From Candidatus Moraniibacteriota bacterium (GTDB lineage Bacteria; Patescibacteriota; Minisyncoccia; Moranbacterales; UBA2206), in contig JAAXWW010000002.1 of assembly GCA_013334765.1 (NCBI GenBank), forward strand, positions 87,453 through 147,824: 60,372 nucleotides of DNA, written 5' to 3'. The position numbers and the translations under genes were made by a program. The notes beneath the pieces were generated by a model that had not been told where the DNA came from, did not search any database, and saw only the letters and a program-made list of their open reading frames with translations. Below, one piece after another: positions 38,146-47,599 of this stretch; positions within the stretch are counted from its first letter, which is position 1; every line of letters starts with the position of its first letter.

Positions 38146-40188
38146 CTACTCTCCCTTTTCAAACCAGACCAATCTGTTCTTACTTCTGTCAAATTTGTAA
38201 TAATTCCTATAAAATCCGACTGGTCGGCTATCTAAATCAACATTCTGATAATACTCAGTGCTTATTATTCCATTATCAATCATCAACGCTTTCGATGATA
38301 TATCAACATACAGATTATTCGTGTCTTCATTGTTTCTGGTTGTTATTCCTATTTCTTCTATTTTTCCTGAATCAGTGTTGTATCTCAAGAATCTGATTTT
38401 GTTACCGTTGCAATTCTCGTACTCAGCAACAATAAACTCCTGTTTTTTGCCGTCCCCATCAATATCCTGCGGTTCGTAATAGGACAGGTTGCCTGAAGTA
38501 GAATTGGGAAAAAACAATTCTGGATCAGAAAGCCCGACAGATTCGATCAATCGTCCATTCCTATAGAGCCCCAGACTGGCCGTTGATTCATATATCTTCC
38601 CATACCTGAAACCACAATAAAGTCCGTCATCCATAGTCGCCTCTCTCTCAGAATAAATATCCACTTTGGATACCAATTTGAAACCGTCATCAAGATTGAC
38701 GTTTTCAGAATAACTATCCAGAACCTGCTTATTGCCACTGATATTCCCGGCCAAGCTCCTGCCTGCAGACGAAACAAAGAAACATGCTCCGGCAAGGAAA
38801 ACCGCCAGTAGCGCCAACTTGGTAATAGTTTTTGCAACTTTTTTGGTTTCCGTCGGACCTCCTAGATCACCCTTTCCAAAAAATCCAAAATAGACATCAT
38901 AAACCAGTCTTGCACCATCGACAAATGGGGTGTACTTATAAAGCGTATATGTGGCAGCATTTAATACTTTGAATGGTTTCCCCTCTACTTCATGAGTGAG
39001 ATTTATTCCTTGTGATTCATTATAATACTGCCTGAAATATTTCGCCGCACTATTTATCTGAATAATCAGTCCTTGGAATTGAGGAAGTTTCGTATTTTCA
39101 TCCAGGACTCCGACGCCCATAGCCCAATCGAGTTGATCCCGAGTCGGATCGACAGATTTTTCTCCCTTAATCAGATTTCTCTCTGCCTGCAGCTTCACGA
39201 GGAGTAACTTGGGATTTATTGAATTTTCGTCAGCCGATTTTTTTATCCAAAAAGCTGCCTTTTTTCCATCAAACTCCGTCTTGGAAATGTGCGACTTTTC
39301 CAAATCCTTGTGATAGGAATCCAAAAATGTCTGGATATCATCCTCACTCATCGAATCGTTCCGCAGGAACGCACTGTCCTTAATAACATAAACAGGATTA
39401 AATCCTTCTTCTATTTTAATAGGGTCATTGGAAGATTCATCTATTTTCTTTTCTTCCAATTCAAGTATCATATTTTCTAGTTCCGGCGTCCTGTCAGCCC
39501 AAAGCTCTATGTAGTGCAATCCGCTTTCCAGATTCAGTTCCTGATCGAATTCCTTCTCTCGTCCGCGCAGTTCCATACCGCACCAATACCAATTCCTGAA
39601 ATCTTTCCTGATTTCATTCTCCTGGATTTTTCCATCGATAACAAGTTTCAGATCGTCACCGTCCTTTTCCTGGGAAAAATAGTCAGCCTTAGCCCGGATA
39701 GACAGGTTTTTCAATGGCAGATCGACCAATGCGATACTGATCCATTGCCGCCTGTCCCCATTCTCTGGCGGATTATTCCCTTCAGGAACATAATCCGCTC
39801 TGCCGCCTTCGATCCGATTTATCAGAATACTCTCAAGAGCCGGGTGTTGATCGACTGTAAAAACAATGGAATGGCTGCCCTTGGACAGCTTAATAATGAA
39901 CACTCCCGTCTTTTTCAGTCCTTTCAGATTATTGCCGTTCCATGCAACCTCCCCGTCAAACAACCCTCTTTTTCCGTTCAATTTCGGAAATTCACGTCCG
40001 TCTATTGCCACCGCAAGATCATCGTCCTTGAAAAAACTCCTCAGTTTCTTGAAATTCTGCCACCAATTCCTTGCACTGGCAGTGATTTCTATGAGATAAA
40101 TTCCCTTTTCAGGAATATCAAAATCATACCTGAACTTATCGCCGATATTGCTTTCGTTCCGGTTAAAATTCTTCCTGATTATCTCCAT
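38146..40188 (-). CDS. Large multidomain envelope protein, unknown function
   Basis: 680 aa. Two N-terminal beta-sandwich-like repeats (LSKGSHSIVFTVDQHPALESILI and LESGLHYIELWADRTPELENMIL). A central segment NPKLLLVKLQAERNLI..DWAMGVG, a TM helix LALLAVFLAGACFFV, and a C-terminal FG-GAP-like DIDGDGKKQEFIV. Confidence 0.5.
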   Translation of the reverse strand: MEIIRKNFNRNESNIGDKFRYDFDIPEKGIYLIEITASARNWWQNFKKLRSFFKDDDLAVAIDGREFPKLNGKRGLFDGEVAWNGNNLKGLKKTGVFIIKLSKGSHSIVFTVDQHPALESILINRIEGGRADYVPEGNNPPENGDRRQWISIALVDLPLKNLSIRAKADYFSQEKDGDDLKLVIDGKIQENEIRKDFRNWYWCGMELRGREKEFDQELNLESGLHYIELWADRTPELENMILELEEKKIDESSNDPIKIEEGFNPVYVIKDSAFLRNDSMSEDDIQTFLDSYHKDLEKSHISKTEFDGKKAAFWIKKSADENSINPKLLLVKLQAERNLIKGEKSVDPTRDQLDWAMGVGVLDENTKLPQFQGLIIQINSAAKYFRQYYNESQGINLTHEVEGKPFKVLNAATYTLYKYTPFVDGARLVYDVYFGFFGKGDLGGPTETKKVAKTITKLALLAVFLAGACFFVSSAGRSLAGNISGNKQVLDSYSENVNLDDGFKLVSKVDIYSEREATMDDGLYCGFRYGKIYESTASLGLYRNGRLIESVGLSDPELFFPNSTSGNLSYYEPQDIDGDGKKQEFIVAEYENCNGNKIRFLRYNTDSGKIEEIGITTRNNEDTNNLYVDISSKALMIDNGIISTEYYQNVDLDSRPVGFYRNYYKFDRSKNRLVWFEKGE

Positions 40189-40341
40189 GATTTTGGATAT
40201 TTATTCATACAAACAGACACCCTTACAATATCACATGGGGATAAAATCTTTATCAAGATAAAATAAACTTTTTTTTCAAATATTCCAAGGAATGATCCGC
40301 CTTTCAGCCCACCGATTTTCTGCGAAATCATAATCCTTCAG

Positions 40342-41328
40342 TTATTTTACCTCATTACTCTTCTCAAAAATATTCCTGATGATATTCTCGATATCCATTT
40401 CGTCGATCATGATATCGTCCACCGGCAGATCGGAAGAAAGAATGTCTTTGGCAACATTCCTGACACCAGCTTTCGGAATCTTGAAAGTAACCTTGATCGG
40501 ATCAAAATCAGACACTTCTCCGAATCCCTCGATATCCTTTCTTTCAACAGCATTTTCGAAAGTGATCGTCAGCAGTTTATTCTTGGCATATTTATCAACC
40601 AGCTCTTTGAGAGGTCCATCATAGAATATTTTCTGATTGATTATGATTATCCTTTCGCACAATCTTTCAATATCTTCCATATAATGCGAAGTAAGGATGA
40701 TCGTTATTTTCTTCTCCTTATTGTATCTCACCAAAAAGTCGCGCATGCTTTTCTGAGCAATGACATCCAGTCCGATCGTCGGCTCGTCCAGGAACAGAAC
40801 TTTCGGACGATGAAGCAGCGATGCGATAAGCTCGCACTTCATCCTTTCTCCGAGAGACAATTTCCTCACCTGGATATCCAGGATCTTCGAAACATCCAAA
40901 AGTGTGACCAGTTCATCAAGAGATTCTTTGAAATCAGCATCTGGAATGTCATATATCTTCTTGTTAAGAAGAAAACTTTCCATGACTGGAAGATCCCACC
41001 ATAGCTGATTCTTCTGACCCATCAAAAGGGCAAACTGCTTCTTGTACTCATTCTTCCTCTCCCATGGATCATATCCAAGAACACTCACTTCTCCGCCAGT
41101 AGGCTTGATGATCCCAGAAAGCATCTTAAGAGTCGTGGTTTTCCCCGCACCGTTCGGACCGAGGAATCCCACGAATTCTCCCTCTTCGATTTTGAAACTG
41201 ATATCATCGACCGCTTTAGTCTCGATAGTTTCCGCATAAAACAAATTCCTTATCCCAGCCAGCACTCCTGGCTGTTTTTTGTGAGACACATAAACCTTAT
41301 TCAATTTTTCAACGTTGATCGCTTCCAT
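40342..41328 (-). CDS. ABC transporter ATP-binding protein (ABC-2 type, COG4586-like)
   Basis: Walker A GPNGAGKTTT, signature LSLGERMK, Walker B VLFLDEPTIGLD. Confidence 0.9.
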   Translation of the reverse strand: MEAINVEKLNKVYVSHKKQPGVLAGIRNLFYAETIETKAVDDISFKIEEGEFVGFLGPNGAGKTTTLKMLSGIIKPTGGEVSVLGYDPWERKNEYKKQFALLMGQKNQLWWDLPVMESFLLNKKIYDIPDADFKESLDELVTLLDVSKILDIQVRKLSLGERMKCELIASLLHRPKVLFLDEPTIGLDVIAQKSMRDFLVRYNKEKKITIILTSHYMEDIERLCERIIIINQKIFYDGPLKELVDKYAKNKLLTITFENAVERKDIEGFGEVSDFDPIKVTFKIPKAGVRNVAKDILSSDLPVDDIMIDEMDIENIIRNIFEKSNEVK

Positions 41329-41355
41329 ATTTTTTAAGATATTAAATAGTTTACA

Positions 41356-42180
41356 TTAACTGCTAGCGCTTGAATATTTAGCAAGTCCTTTGTTCCATAT
41401 CAGACGGGAGATACTGAAAAATATGACCGCCATAACGATAGAACCGGCTACAAGCAAAGGATCGAACCCACGCGAGAAAATCCTTGCTTGAAAAGTACCC
41501 AGAAAGCCGAGGGGTAGAATGAATGTCAATGAATATCTAATGAACTTGTTTCCGAATATATCAATCGGATACTGAGAAGATCTCACGATCGTATCAGCCA
41601 AATTGAATGATGAAGCCGTTTCGATAGTCCAAAAGGATATTGCGTTAAGCATCACCGATATGCTATATATTATCACCCATCCGCAAATTACCGTAATAAG
41701 ATACCAACATAGATTAAGCGATAATGACATCCACCCGATACTGATGTTCTTGATACAGAACACTATGATTCCAAGAGCAATAATGATTCTGGCCGTATCC
41801 TCCAGATCTCCACGATAAATCGAAACCAGATACTGTGTGTCCATCGGTTTGACTATGAGCCCGTCGAGCGTCCCCTGTTTGATGTGCATTTTCAGGACCG
41901 ACATGAAAGCGAAGCTGGACCACATAAGACCGTCCAGAAGCATGACTGTTCCGACCACCAGAAGAACTTCATAATAGTTCCAGCCTTTAATATTCTTGAC
42001 CCAACCGAAAATGATCTGGATAAAAACCAAATTGAAGAATATCTGAAAAATCACCGCCAAAGCAATCAGCAAGAAGTTGAAGCGATATGCCAGCCTCGTA
42101 GAAAAATTGATCTTTTTGTAATGGATGAATACTTTTATGCATTTCCACATTTCACGCGCCAAATCCTTCATATTTTTCAA
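41356..42180 (-). CDS. ABC-2 family transporter permease
   Basis: 274 aa with six TM helices, adjacent to the ATPase. Resembles ABC2_membrane_6-type proteins. Confidence 0.7.
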   Translation of the reverse strand: MKNMKDLAREMWKCIKVFIHYKKINFSTRLAYRFNFLLIALAVIFQIFFNLVFIQIIFGWVKNIKGWNYYEVLLVVGTVMLLDGLMWSSFAFMSVLKMHIKQGTLDGLIVKPMDTQYLVSIYRGDLEDTARIIIALGIIVFCIKNISIGWMSLSLNLCWYLITVICGWVIIYSISVMLNAISFWTIETASSFNLADTIVRSSQYPIDIFGNKFIRYSLTFILPLGFLGTFQARIFSRGFDPLLVAGSIVMAVIFFSISRLIWNKGLAKYSSASS

Positions 42181-42946
42181 TGCCTTTCTTAAAGATTAGA
42201 ACAGAAATCACATAGAGAGCGACCAACCATGCTATTTCAGGAATAAAAATATTCCATTCCAAATTCTCCTGACCGATAAATATCTGAACCGGTTGCCAGG
42301 CCATGTATTTGAATGGGAGAAAATCATTCGCATTGATCAGCCAGCCAGGAAGAAGATCAAGCGGAAGCATGCTGCCGGACAGAAACATCATGATCATCCT
42401 AACCATGAAATTAAGCCCCTGAGATGTTCCCATCCAAAATGATACGGATCCTATTATATAGAAAAATGACATGAATATTCCGAATGAAAACAAAAGGGAA
42501 ATCAAAAGGAAAACATCCAACCGCGCATTTCCGAAAAATTCAGAAATCAATGATGGTTTCGCAAAGAAGAACGGGATCGATATCAGGACAACTGTCGAGA
42601 AGTTGAAAATAGATTTCCCAGCCACGATAGACATGGTCGACCAGAAATAATCGATCGGCTTCAGGATGAAATTAGTAACATTCCCCATTCTGATGTCATC
42701 GCTGATCCTCCATGCCACATCGACTCCCTGAATGATAAACGCGATGATAGTCGAAACGACGTAGTATGTTATGAGGCTACCAATGGAATAATTCCCGACC
42801 GTATTCCCCTCTTTATATATCGCCGTCCAAAGCATGATGAAGATGGATAGAGAAATGATCTGGGAAACAAGCAGGATGAAAACATTGGTCCGATATACCA
42901 ACGATTCAGAAATGGAATTTTTGAAGAATGAATAATATTTCCCCAT
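42152..42946 (-). CDS. ABC-2 family transporter permease (second subunit)
   Basis: 264 aa with six TM helices. Overlaps the downstream permease by 29 nt. Confidence 0.7.
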   Translation of the reverse strand: MGKYYSFFKNSISESLVYRTNVFILLVSQIISLSIFIMLWTAIYKEGNTVGNYSIGSLITYYVVSTIIAFIIQGVDVAWRISDDIRMGNVTNFILKPIDYFWSTMSIVAGKSIFNFSTVVLISIPFFFAKPSLISEFFGNARLDVFLLISLLFSFGIFMSFFYIIGSVSFWMGTSQGLNFMVRMIMMFLSGSMLPLDLLPGWLINANDFLPFKYMAWQPVQIFIGQENLEWNIFIPEIAWLVALYVISVLIFKKGIEKYEGFGA

Positions 42947-42960
42947 GATGTTAATTGAAT

Positions 42961-42988
42961 AAAAAGAAAACCGGCCCTTCAGCCGGAG
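42961..42988 (-). terminator. Possible intrinsic terminator
   Basis: Minus strand ccggc-tgaagg-gccgg followed by ttttcttttt. The stem is short (5 bp). Confidence 0.35.
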
Positions 42989-43016
42989 ATATCTGAGCGG
43001 ATTTCGTTCTGGATAA

Positions 43017-43190
43017 TTACTGATGAAACGATTTCTCTAGACAGCTTCGGCCGGAATCTGATGCATCCTCGAAAAGCGAATGAGCAGAAATGCACCTGTC
43101 GGCAACGACGGTGGCAATACTCATGTTTTCCTGATATCCGCGCTTTTTCATATTGGCTGTCTTGATTATTATCTTCCTAATTTTTATCAT
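43017..43190 (-). CDS. Sub-threshold 57-codon ORF (or non-coding RNA) in a GC-richer patch; doubtful
   Basis: My translation is MIKIRKIIIKTANMKKRGYQENMSIATVVADRCISAHSLFEDASDSGRSCLEKSFHQ*. It is not in the ORF track (under 60 aa). The region also folds as cacc-t-gtcg GCAA cgacggtg on the plus strand. Confidence 0.25.
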   Translation of the reverse strand: MIKIRKIIIKTANMKKRGYQENMSIATVVADRCISAHSLFEDASDSGRSCLEKSFHQ

Positions 43191-43265
43191 GATTGATTTG
43201 ATTTGTCAAATTGCTAAGTAGTCAGTTCAACAAGTAAGTGCAACATTCTCAAATTTTAATTTAAT

Positions 43266-43559
43266 TTAGTTTTTCATCTCAAACTGAATAATCTGGAATC
43301 CATATTTATCTATTTCCTCTTTCGACCAAAAATCAACATCCTTAGTTTTTATTTTGTATGTCACAATAGTTTCGACTTTTCGTCCAGTATATTCTTCTTT
43401 GTCCTTATCCCACTCTTCAAGCACTAGCGTATCACCTTCATTGATTTCAAAGTCAGCCAGGCGAAGCTCCAGCTTCTTCTTACCAGAAATAATCTTATCA
43501 AAATATTCTCCCAGGACTTTTTTATGTATTATTGCCATGGATTTATTTATAAATAACAA
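43266..43559 (-). CDS. ASCH/PUA-like small protein (DUF3850-like)
   Basis: IHKKVLGEYFDKIISGKKKLELRLADFEINEGDTLVLEEW resembles the ASCH beta-barrel N-terminus. The likely start is the ATG at 43538. Confidence 0.5.
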   Translation of the reverse strand: MLFINKSMAIIHKKVLGEYFDKIISGKKKLELRLADFEINEGDTLVLEEWDKDKEEYTGRKVETIVTYKIKTKDVDFWSKEEIDKYGFQIIQFEMKN

Positions 43560-44046
43560 TTATCTGCCTAATTATTAGCTCCTCCGATTTTATATATTCT
43601 CCCCTGAAATCAAACCAGACTTTCAGAAAATCATTCTTGGCTATTTTCCTGACGGAACCGATTTCCGGATCTTGGAGATATATATTTTGATCATCTAATC
43701 CTGAAACGACAGAATAATGACCGTCCGCTACTTCTGAATCGGAATAATCCTGCCTCCCTTTCGTGAACCAATTGACGATTACCGGAACTTTTTTATCAAG
43801 CCATTTTTCAACATCTTTAAAGCTGCTTTCGTTTTTTATTTCCACCCGGAATCCCAAACCTTCAGCCGCTTTTTTTATTCCTTCGTCATCCACTCCCAAA
43901 TTCTTATCATGTCCGCACATTTCAGCCAGTTCATTCTCTGATTTTTCAATGCCATAATATTCCAGAACCATCTTCAAAGAAGCCGGCCCGCACATGCTAG
44001 CATTCAGCGTTTCTTGGAAAGGTTCTATTTCAAGCATTGTTTTCAT
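43543..44046 (-). CDS. Stand-alone papain-like cysteine peptidase, C39-like
   Basis: Q..ASMCGPASLKMVLEYYG (catalytic Cys), DGHYSVVSGLDD (His) and YLQDP (Asp). No ABC domain is fused. Confidence 0.7.
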   Translation of the reverse strand: MKTMLEIEPFQETLNASMCGPASLKMVLEYYGIEKSENELAEMCGHDKNLGVDDEGIKKAAEGLGFRVEIKNESSFKDVEKWLDKKVPVIVNWFTKGRQDYSDSEVADGHYSVVSGLDDQNIYLQDPEIGSVRKIAKNDFLKVWFDFRGEYIKSEELIIRQIIVIYK

Positions 44047-45046
44047 GATTTGTTTTTATTCGCTGAATAAAATAGTCCTTCAGATTTTCATCCTTGCAGT
44101 GGTATGAGCGAAAAGAATCCGGATCTATGAAAGAATCTATAAGGACTTTGACATGTTCTTTTTTCAAATCATAATAACTATCCATAATTCTCTGCCATTC
44201 ATCAGAAGTGACGCCGTCCATCATTTTTAGTGGAGAGATTCTTTCTATTCCATTATTTCCATACCTACCCATAAGCTCTGCTATTTTTTCATCACCAAGG
44301 ACAGCATGAATCGCGGTCAACACATAAAACGCGTCCGCTTTATAGATATCAAAACATTTTATTGCCATCTCGAATGAAGGATGAGCTGTATCTAATCTGG
44401 ATATCTCCCCAGATGCTATCCCACGCTGAATACGCCCCAAACCGGTTGGAGGATATTTATTGTCTTTGAAGTCCCATCCCTTTCTCTTTAGAATTATTTT
44501 TTTAATATCAGTATCAATCAAGCTAGGATTAATATCCGGACAATCAAACCTTCCATACTTCTCAAGAGCCGCTTTCAGCTCTCTCTCAAAGTCTTCATTG
44601 GAATCGTGTTTTTCTAGCAGCTTATATACGACCCTGCTTGTTCGCCCATTGCCATCAGCGAAAAAATGGACTGCGTTTATGACTGCCGGAATCAGGTACT
44701 TCACGTCGTCCCTGTCGATACGTCCTGAATTATCATAGGCATATTTCAAAAGGCCTTCCTTGTCTTCATGTCTTGGAACAAGAGCATCCCCAATGAATCC
44801 GCTTAATTTTACATCCTTTCCATCCAAAGCTCTCTCTTTAATAGGAATATCCCTAGCGATTCCATTGATCCTTATCAGAAAATTCTCAAATTCTTCAAAT
44901 GAAGGTTTTTCAATCTTACCCTCCAGCATGCTCTGCGCATATTCATACGCATCAATGCGATCAATTAATCCAGCGACCTTTTCCGCGCGTTCGGAACGTG
45001 AATCATTGTTTCCATTTATTCTATTGAAGTTGTCCATGCTCTCCAT
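44030..45046 (-). CDS. Fic-domain protein (AMPylase family)
   Basis: Fic motif HFFADGNGRTSR, which fits HxFx[DE]GNGRxxR. Confidence 0.85.
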   Translation of the reverse strand: MESMDNFNRINGNNDSRSERAEKVAGLIDRIDAYEYAQSMLEGKIEKPSFEEFENFLIRINGIARDIPIKERALDGKDVKLSGFIGDALVPRHEDKEGLLKYAYDNSGRIDRDDVKYLIPAVINAVHFFADGNGRTSRVVYKLLEKHDSNEDFERELKAALEKYGRFDCPDINPSLIDTDIKKIILKRKGWDFKDNKYPPTGLGRIQRGIASGEISRLDTAHPSFEMAIKCFDIYKADAFYVLTAIHAVLGDEKIAELMGRYGNNGIERISPLKMMDGVTSDEWQRIMDSYYDLKKEHVKVLIDSFIDPDSFRSYHCKDENLKDYFIQRIKTNHENNA

Positions 45047-45053
45047 ATGATTA

Positions 45054-46220
45054 TCATTTCTCCCCCATCTTCAACTTCACCGAATTGGCGAATTTGAGGA
45101 CATCGTTTTTGAAAGTAAAGGTTATGCCATTTTTTTCTTCGTGCTTTTCAATAGCGAATGAAATGAGCTTGCTGATCAGATCGCCGATTTCGATTCCGCT
45201 CGCTTTCCAGAGATGATGATAGAGCGTTCCCGGCATAGTGTTCACTTCGTTTACATAGAAAACCTCTTTCGCCTTGTCATAGAGGAAATCGATCCGAGCA
45301 AGTCCCGCGCAGTCGAACAGCCTATAGACCCTGATTGCCATATCGCGCACCTGTTTCGTTGTTTCGTCAGCAAGCCTTGCCGGGATGACGATGCTGTCCG
45401 TAGCGTTCCCGAGCTGGGCTCCGCCGTCTTCCAGATATTTGGCTTCGAAGCTGAAATGTTCTCCGTTGAAAACGGATTCCTGAACAAGCGATGCGACCGG
45501 TTCATCATTCCCCATCACGGCGCAAGTTATATCAACCATATTCTCGACCGACTCTTCAACGATCACCTTGGAATCATAGTGAAGGGCCACTTCGCATGCT
45601 TGAACAAGATCATTCTCATTTTTCACTTTAGCGATCCCGATCGATGAACCGAGCCTGGCGGGCTTCACGAAAAGAGGAAGGTTAAGCGCCATGGCTTTTT
45701 TGATCGCTTCATCTTTATCTTTCTTCCAATCGAACGCGTTGAAATGAATGAATTTCGTCGTCGGAATCCCTTCGCTCTCATACATCTTCTTGGTCAGGAC
45801 CTTATCCATCGTCATAGCCGATGCCGCCACGCCGCAACCGACATATGGAACGTTCGCAAGTTCGAACACGCCCTGCATCGTCCCGTCCTCCCCGTTCATG
45901 CCGTGGAACGCTGGAAACACTAGGTCGATGACAATCTCCTTGGAAATGATGCCCTGTTTGACCAGAACCATTTTCTTCCCGGATGGGTCATGTCGCAGCA
46001 TGCATTCCTTAAAGCCTTTCAGTTTTTCTTCAATAGTCCCGTCGGTGAAAAAATCCAATTTCCCCATGGCATCTTCCGAAAACCATTTGCCCTCCTTGCT
46101 GACATACACAGGAACGACCGAGTGTTCGGTTTTTTTGAGTTCGGAAATGATAAGCTGTCCGGTGATGATGGAAACTTCATGCTCCGGGCTTTTGCCTCCG
46201 AAGAATACGGCTATGTTCAT
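45054..46220 (-). CDS. ddl: D-alanine--D-alanine ligase
   Basis: VFFGGKSPEHEVSI, FPAFHGMNGEDGTMQG, PLFVKPARLGSSIGI and NEVNTMPG. Confidence 0.9.
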   Translation of the reverse strand: MNIAVFFGGKSPEHEVSIITGQLIISELKKTEHSVVPVYVSKEGKWFSEDAMGKLDFFTDGTIEEKLKGFKECMLRHDPSGKKMVLVKQGIISKEIVIDLVFPAFHGMNGEDGTMQGVFELANVPYVGCGVAASAMTMDKVLTKKMYESEGIPTTKFIHFNAFDWKKDKDEAIKKAMALNLPLFVKPARLGSSIGIAKVKNENDLVQACEVALHYDSKVIVEESVENMVDITCAVMGNDEPVASLVQESVFNGEHFSFEAKYLEDGGAQLGNATDSIVIPARLADETTKQVRDMAIRVYRLFDCAGLARIDFLYDKAKEVFYVNEVNTMPGTLYHHLWKASGIEIGDLISKLISFAIEKHEEKNGITFTFKNDVLKFANSVKLKMGEK

Positions 46221-46231
46221 ATTTTTTGGTT

Positions 46232-47599
46232 TTAGAAATAATTATCAGTAAGATCGTTTTGGAAGATGATCGTGTCGCCTTTCCTAAGGATATTCGCCAG
46301 ATCGGCATGCGCCTCCTGAGTGGTGGCATACAGTTTGAATTCAGAAAATCCGCCCAGTTTCAATCCGTCTATAATATACCCCGAAGCCGGGCTTTTGATA
46401 AGCAGCACGAGATCGGCAGATCGAGCATATGATTCCCCTATTTTTTCGTGTATCTCTTGGGATTTTTCCCCAAGCTCGACAAGCCCAGGCGTGAGAACGA
46501 CTTTCCTTCCGCTTGCCCGGCCAAGAACTTCGAGTCCGCTTTTTATCCCGTTCATATTCCCGTTATAGCTGTCATCGATGACTATCACTCCGGTTGCCGT
46601 ATTGAAAATGGGTTCAAGGCGGTGAGGAATATATCCGATCGAGGAAATTCCCGATCTAATCTCATCATTCGAAAGCCCTAATTCCTTGGCTATCCTTATG
46701 CCAAGCAAAATGAGAGCGATATTATGCTTGGCCAGCAGCTTCGTTTCGAAACGCATCCCGTCATATGAAAATTCCAATCCTCCGAAATTGTCTTTGACGA
46801 TGATATCAGCCGCTTCAGCAGCGGAAACCTTTTCCGGATGCTTGATTCTGAATCTGTCAGCGCTGTTCCTTATATTCTCATCATCGAAATTGAGCACTGA
46901 CATTTTCGCGGTATTTTCAGGCAACTCGAACTTGGCTGCGATAGTGTTCCCGATATTCCCGAAACGCTCCAGATGCGATTCGTTTATCCCGGTCAGTATG
47001 GAATAATCAGGCTTCACCATCCGGCATATATCCCCGATCTCCCCTCTCCTGTATGCTCCCATCTCGACTATGAACACTTTCGATTCGCTGAATCTGCTCC
47101 TGTTTTTTACAATGAACTCAGCGATTCCGATATCGGTATTCACATTCTCAGGAGTATTTATGACGTCATATTTTTTGGAAATGATCGCGGAAAGGATTTC
47201 CTTCATGCTGGTCTTTCCATAGCTTCCGGTTATTCCGATGACTATATTCCTGTTCGCCTCCAAAATATGGCCAGCTTCTTTCATTGTTCCGTTCTTCAAG
47301 AAACTATCCAGCGGAGAAACGAATAAAAGCGACAGGCCGATGATGAAGGGCAGGCAGATAATAGAAACAAGAACAAATATGAAAAGCGATGCCAGCCCGA
47401 ATCCCAAGAAAGCACCAAGGCAAACGGAGATGATAATCAGAATGGAAACAATACAGATGGCAACGGATTTTTTCGTCCAAGAAATCTTCCCGCGGTTCTC
47501 CAAACTCCACCATTTCGGATGGGAATAAGCGAAACGCAGAAAGCGGCCGAAATAATAGTTCTCCCCTTGGAGTATGTATATGAGGTTCCTTATGATCAT
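46232..47599 (-). CDS. murF: MurF-like UDP-MurNAc-tripeptide--D-Ala-D-Ala ligase with the N-terminal domain replaced by TM helices
   Basis: GITGSYGKTSMKE, NTPENVNTDIGIA and DDSYNGN. Residues ~45-100 are hydrophobic (VAICIVSILIIISVCLGAFLGFGLASLFIFVLVSIICLPFIIGLSLLF). Sits next to ddl. Confidence 0.8.
   Translation of the reverse strand: MIIRNLIYILQGENYYFGRFLRFAYSHPKWWSLENRGKISWTKKSVAICIVSILIIISVCLGAFLGFGLASLFIFVLVSIICLPFIIGLSLLFVSPLDSFLKNGTMKEAGHILEANRNIVIGITGSYGKTSMKEILSAIISKKYDVINTPENVNTDIGIAEFIVKNRSRFSESKVFIVEMGAYRRGEIGDICRMVKPDYSILTGINESHLERFGNIGNTIAAKFELPENTAKMSVLNFDDENIRNSADRFRIKHPEKVSAAEAADIIVKDNFGGLEFSYDGMRFETKLLAKHNIALILLGIRIAKELGLSNDEIRSGISSIGYIPHRLEPIFNTATGVIVIDDSYNGNMNGIKSGLEVLGRASGRKVVLTPGLVELGEKSQEIHEKIGESYARSADLVLLIKSPASGYIIDGLKLGGFSEFKLYATTQEAHADLANILRKGDTIIFQNDLTDNYF

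Noticed and set aside
43017-43190. 57-codon ORF as a double-glycine leader peptide substrate for the neighbouring C39-like peptidase and ABC transporter
   Set aside because: The peptide has no GG, GA or GS-type leader cleavage motif in a plausible position. The ABC system downstream is ABC-2 type without a fused C39 domain. I keep it only as a low-confidence ORF or RNA.
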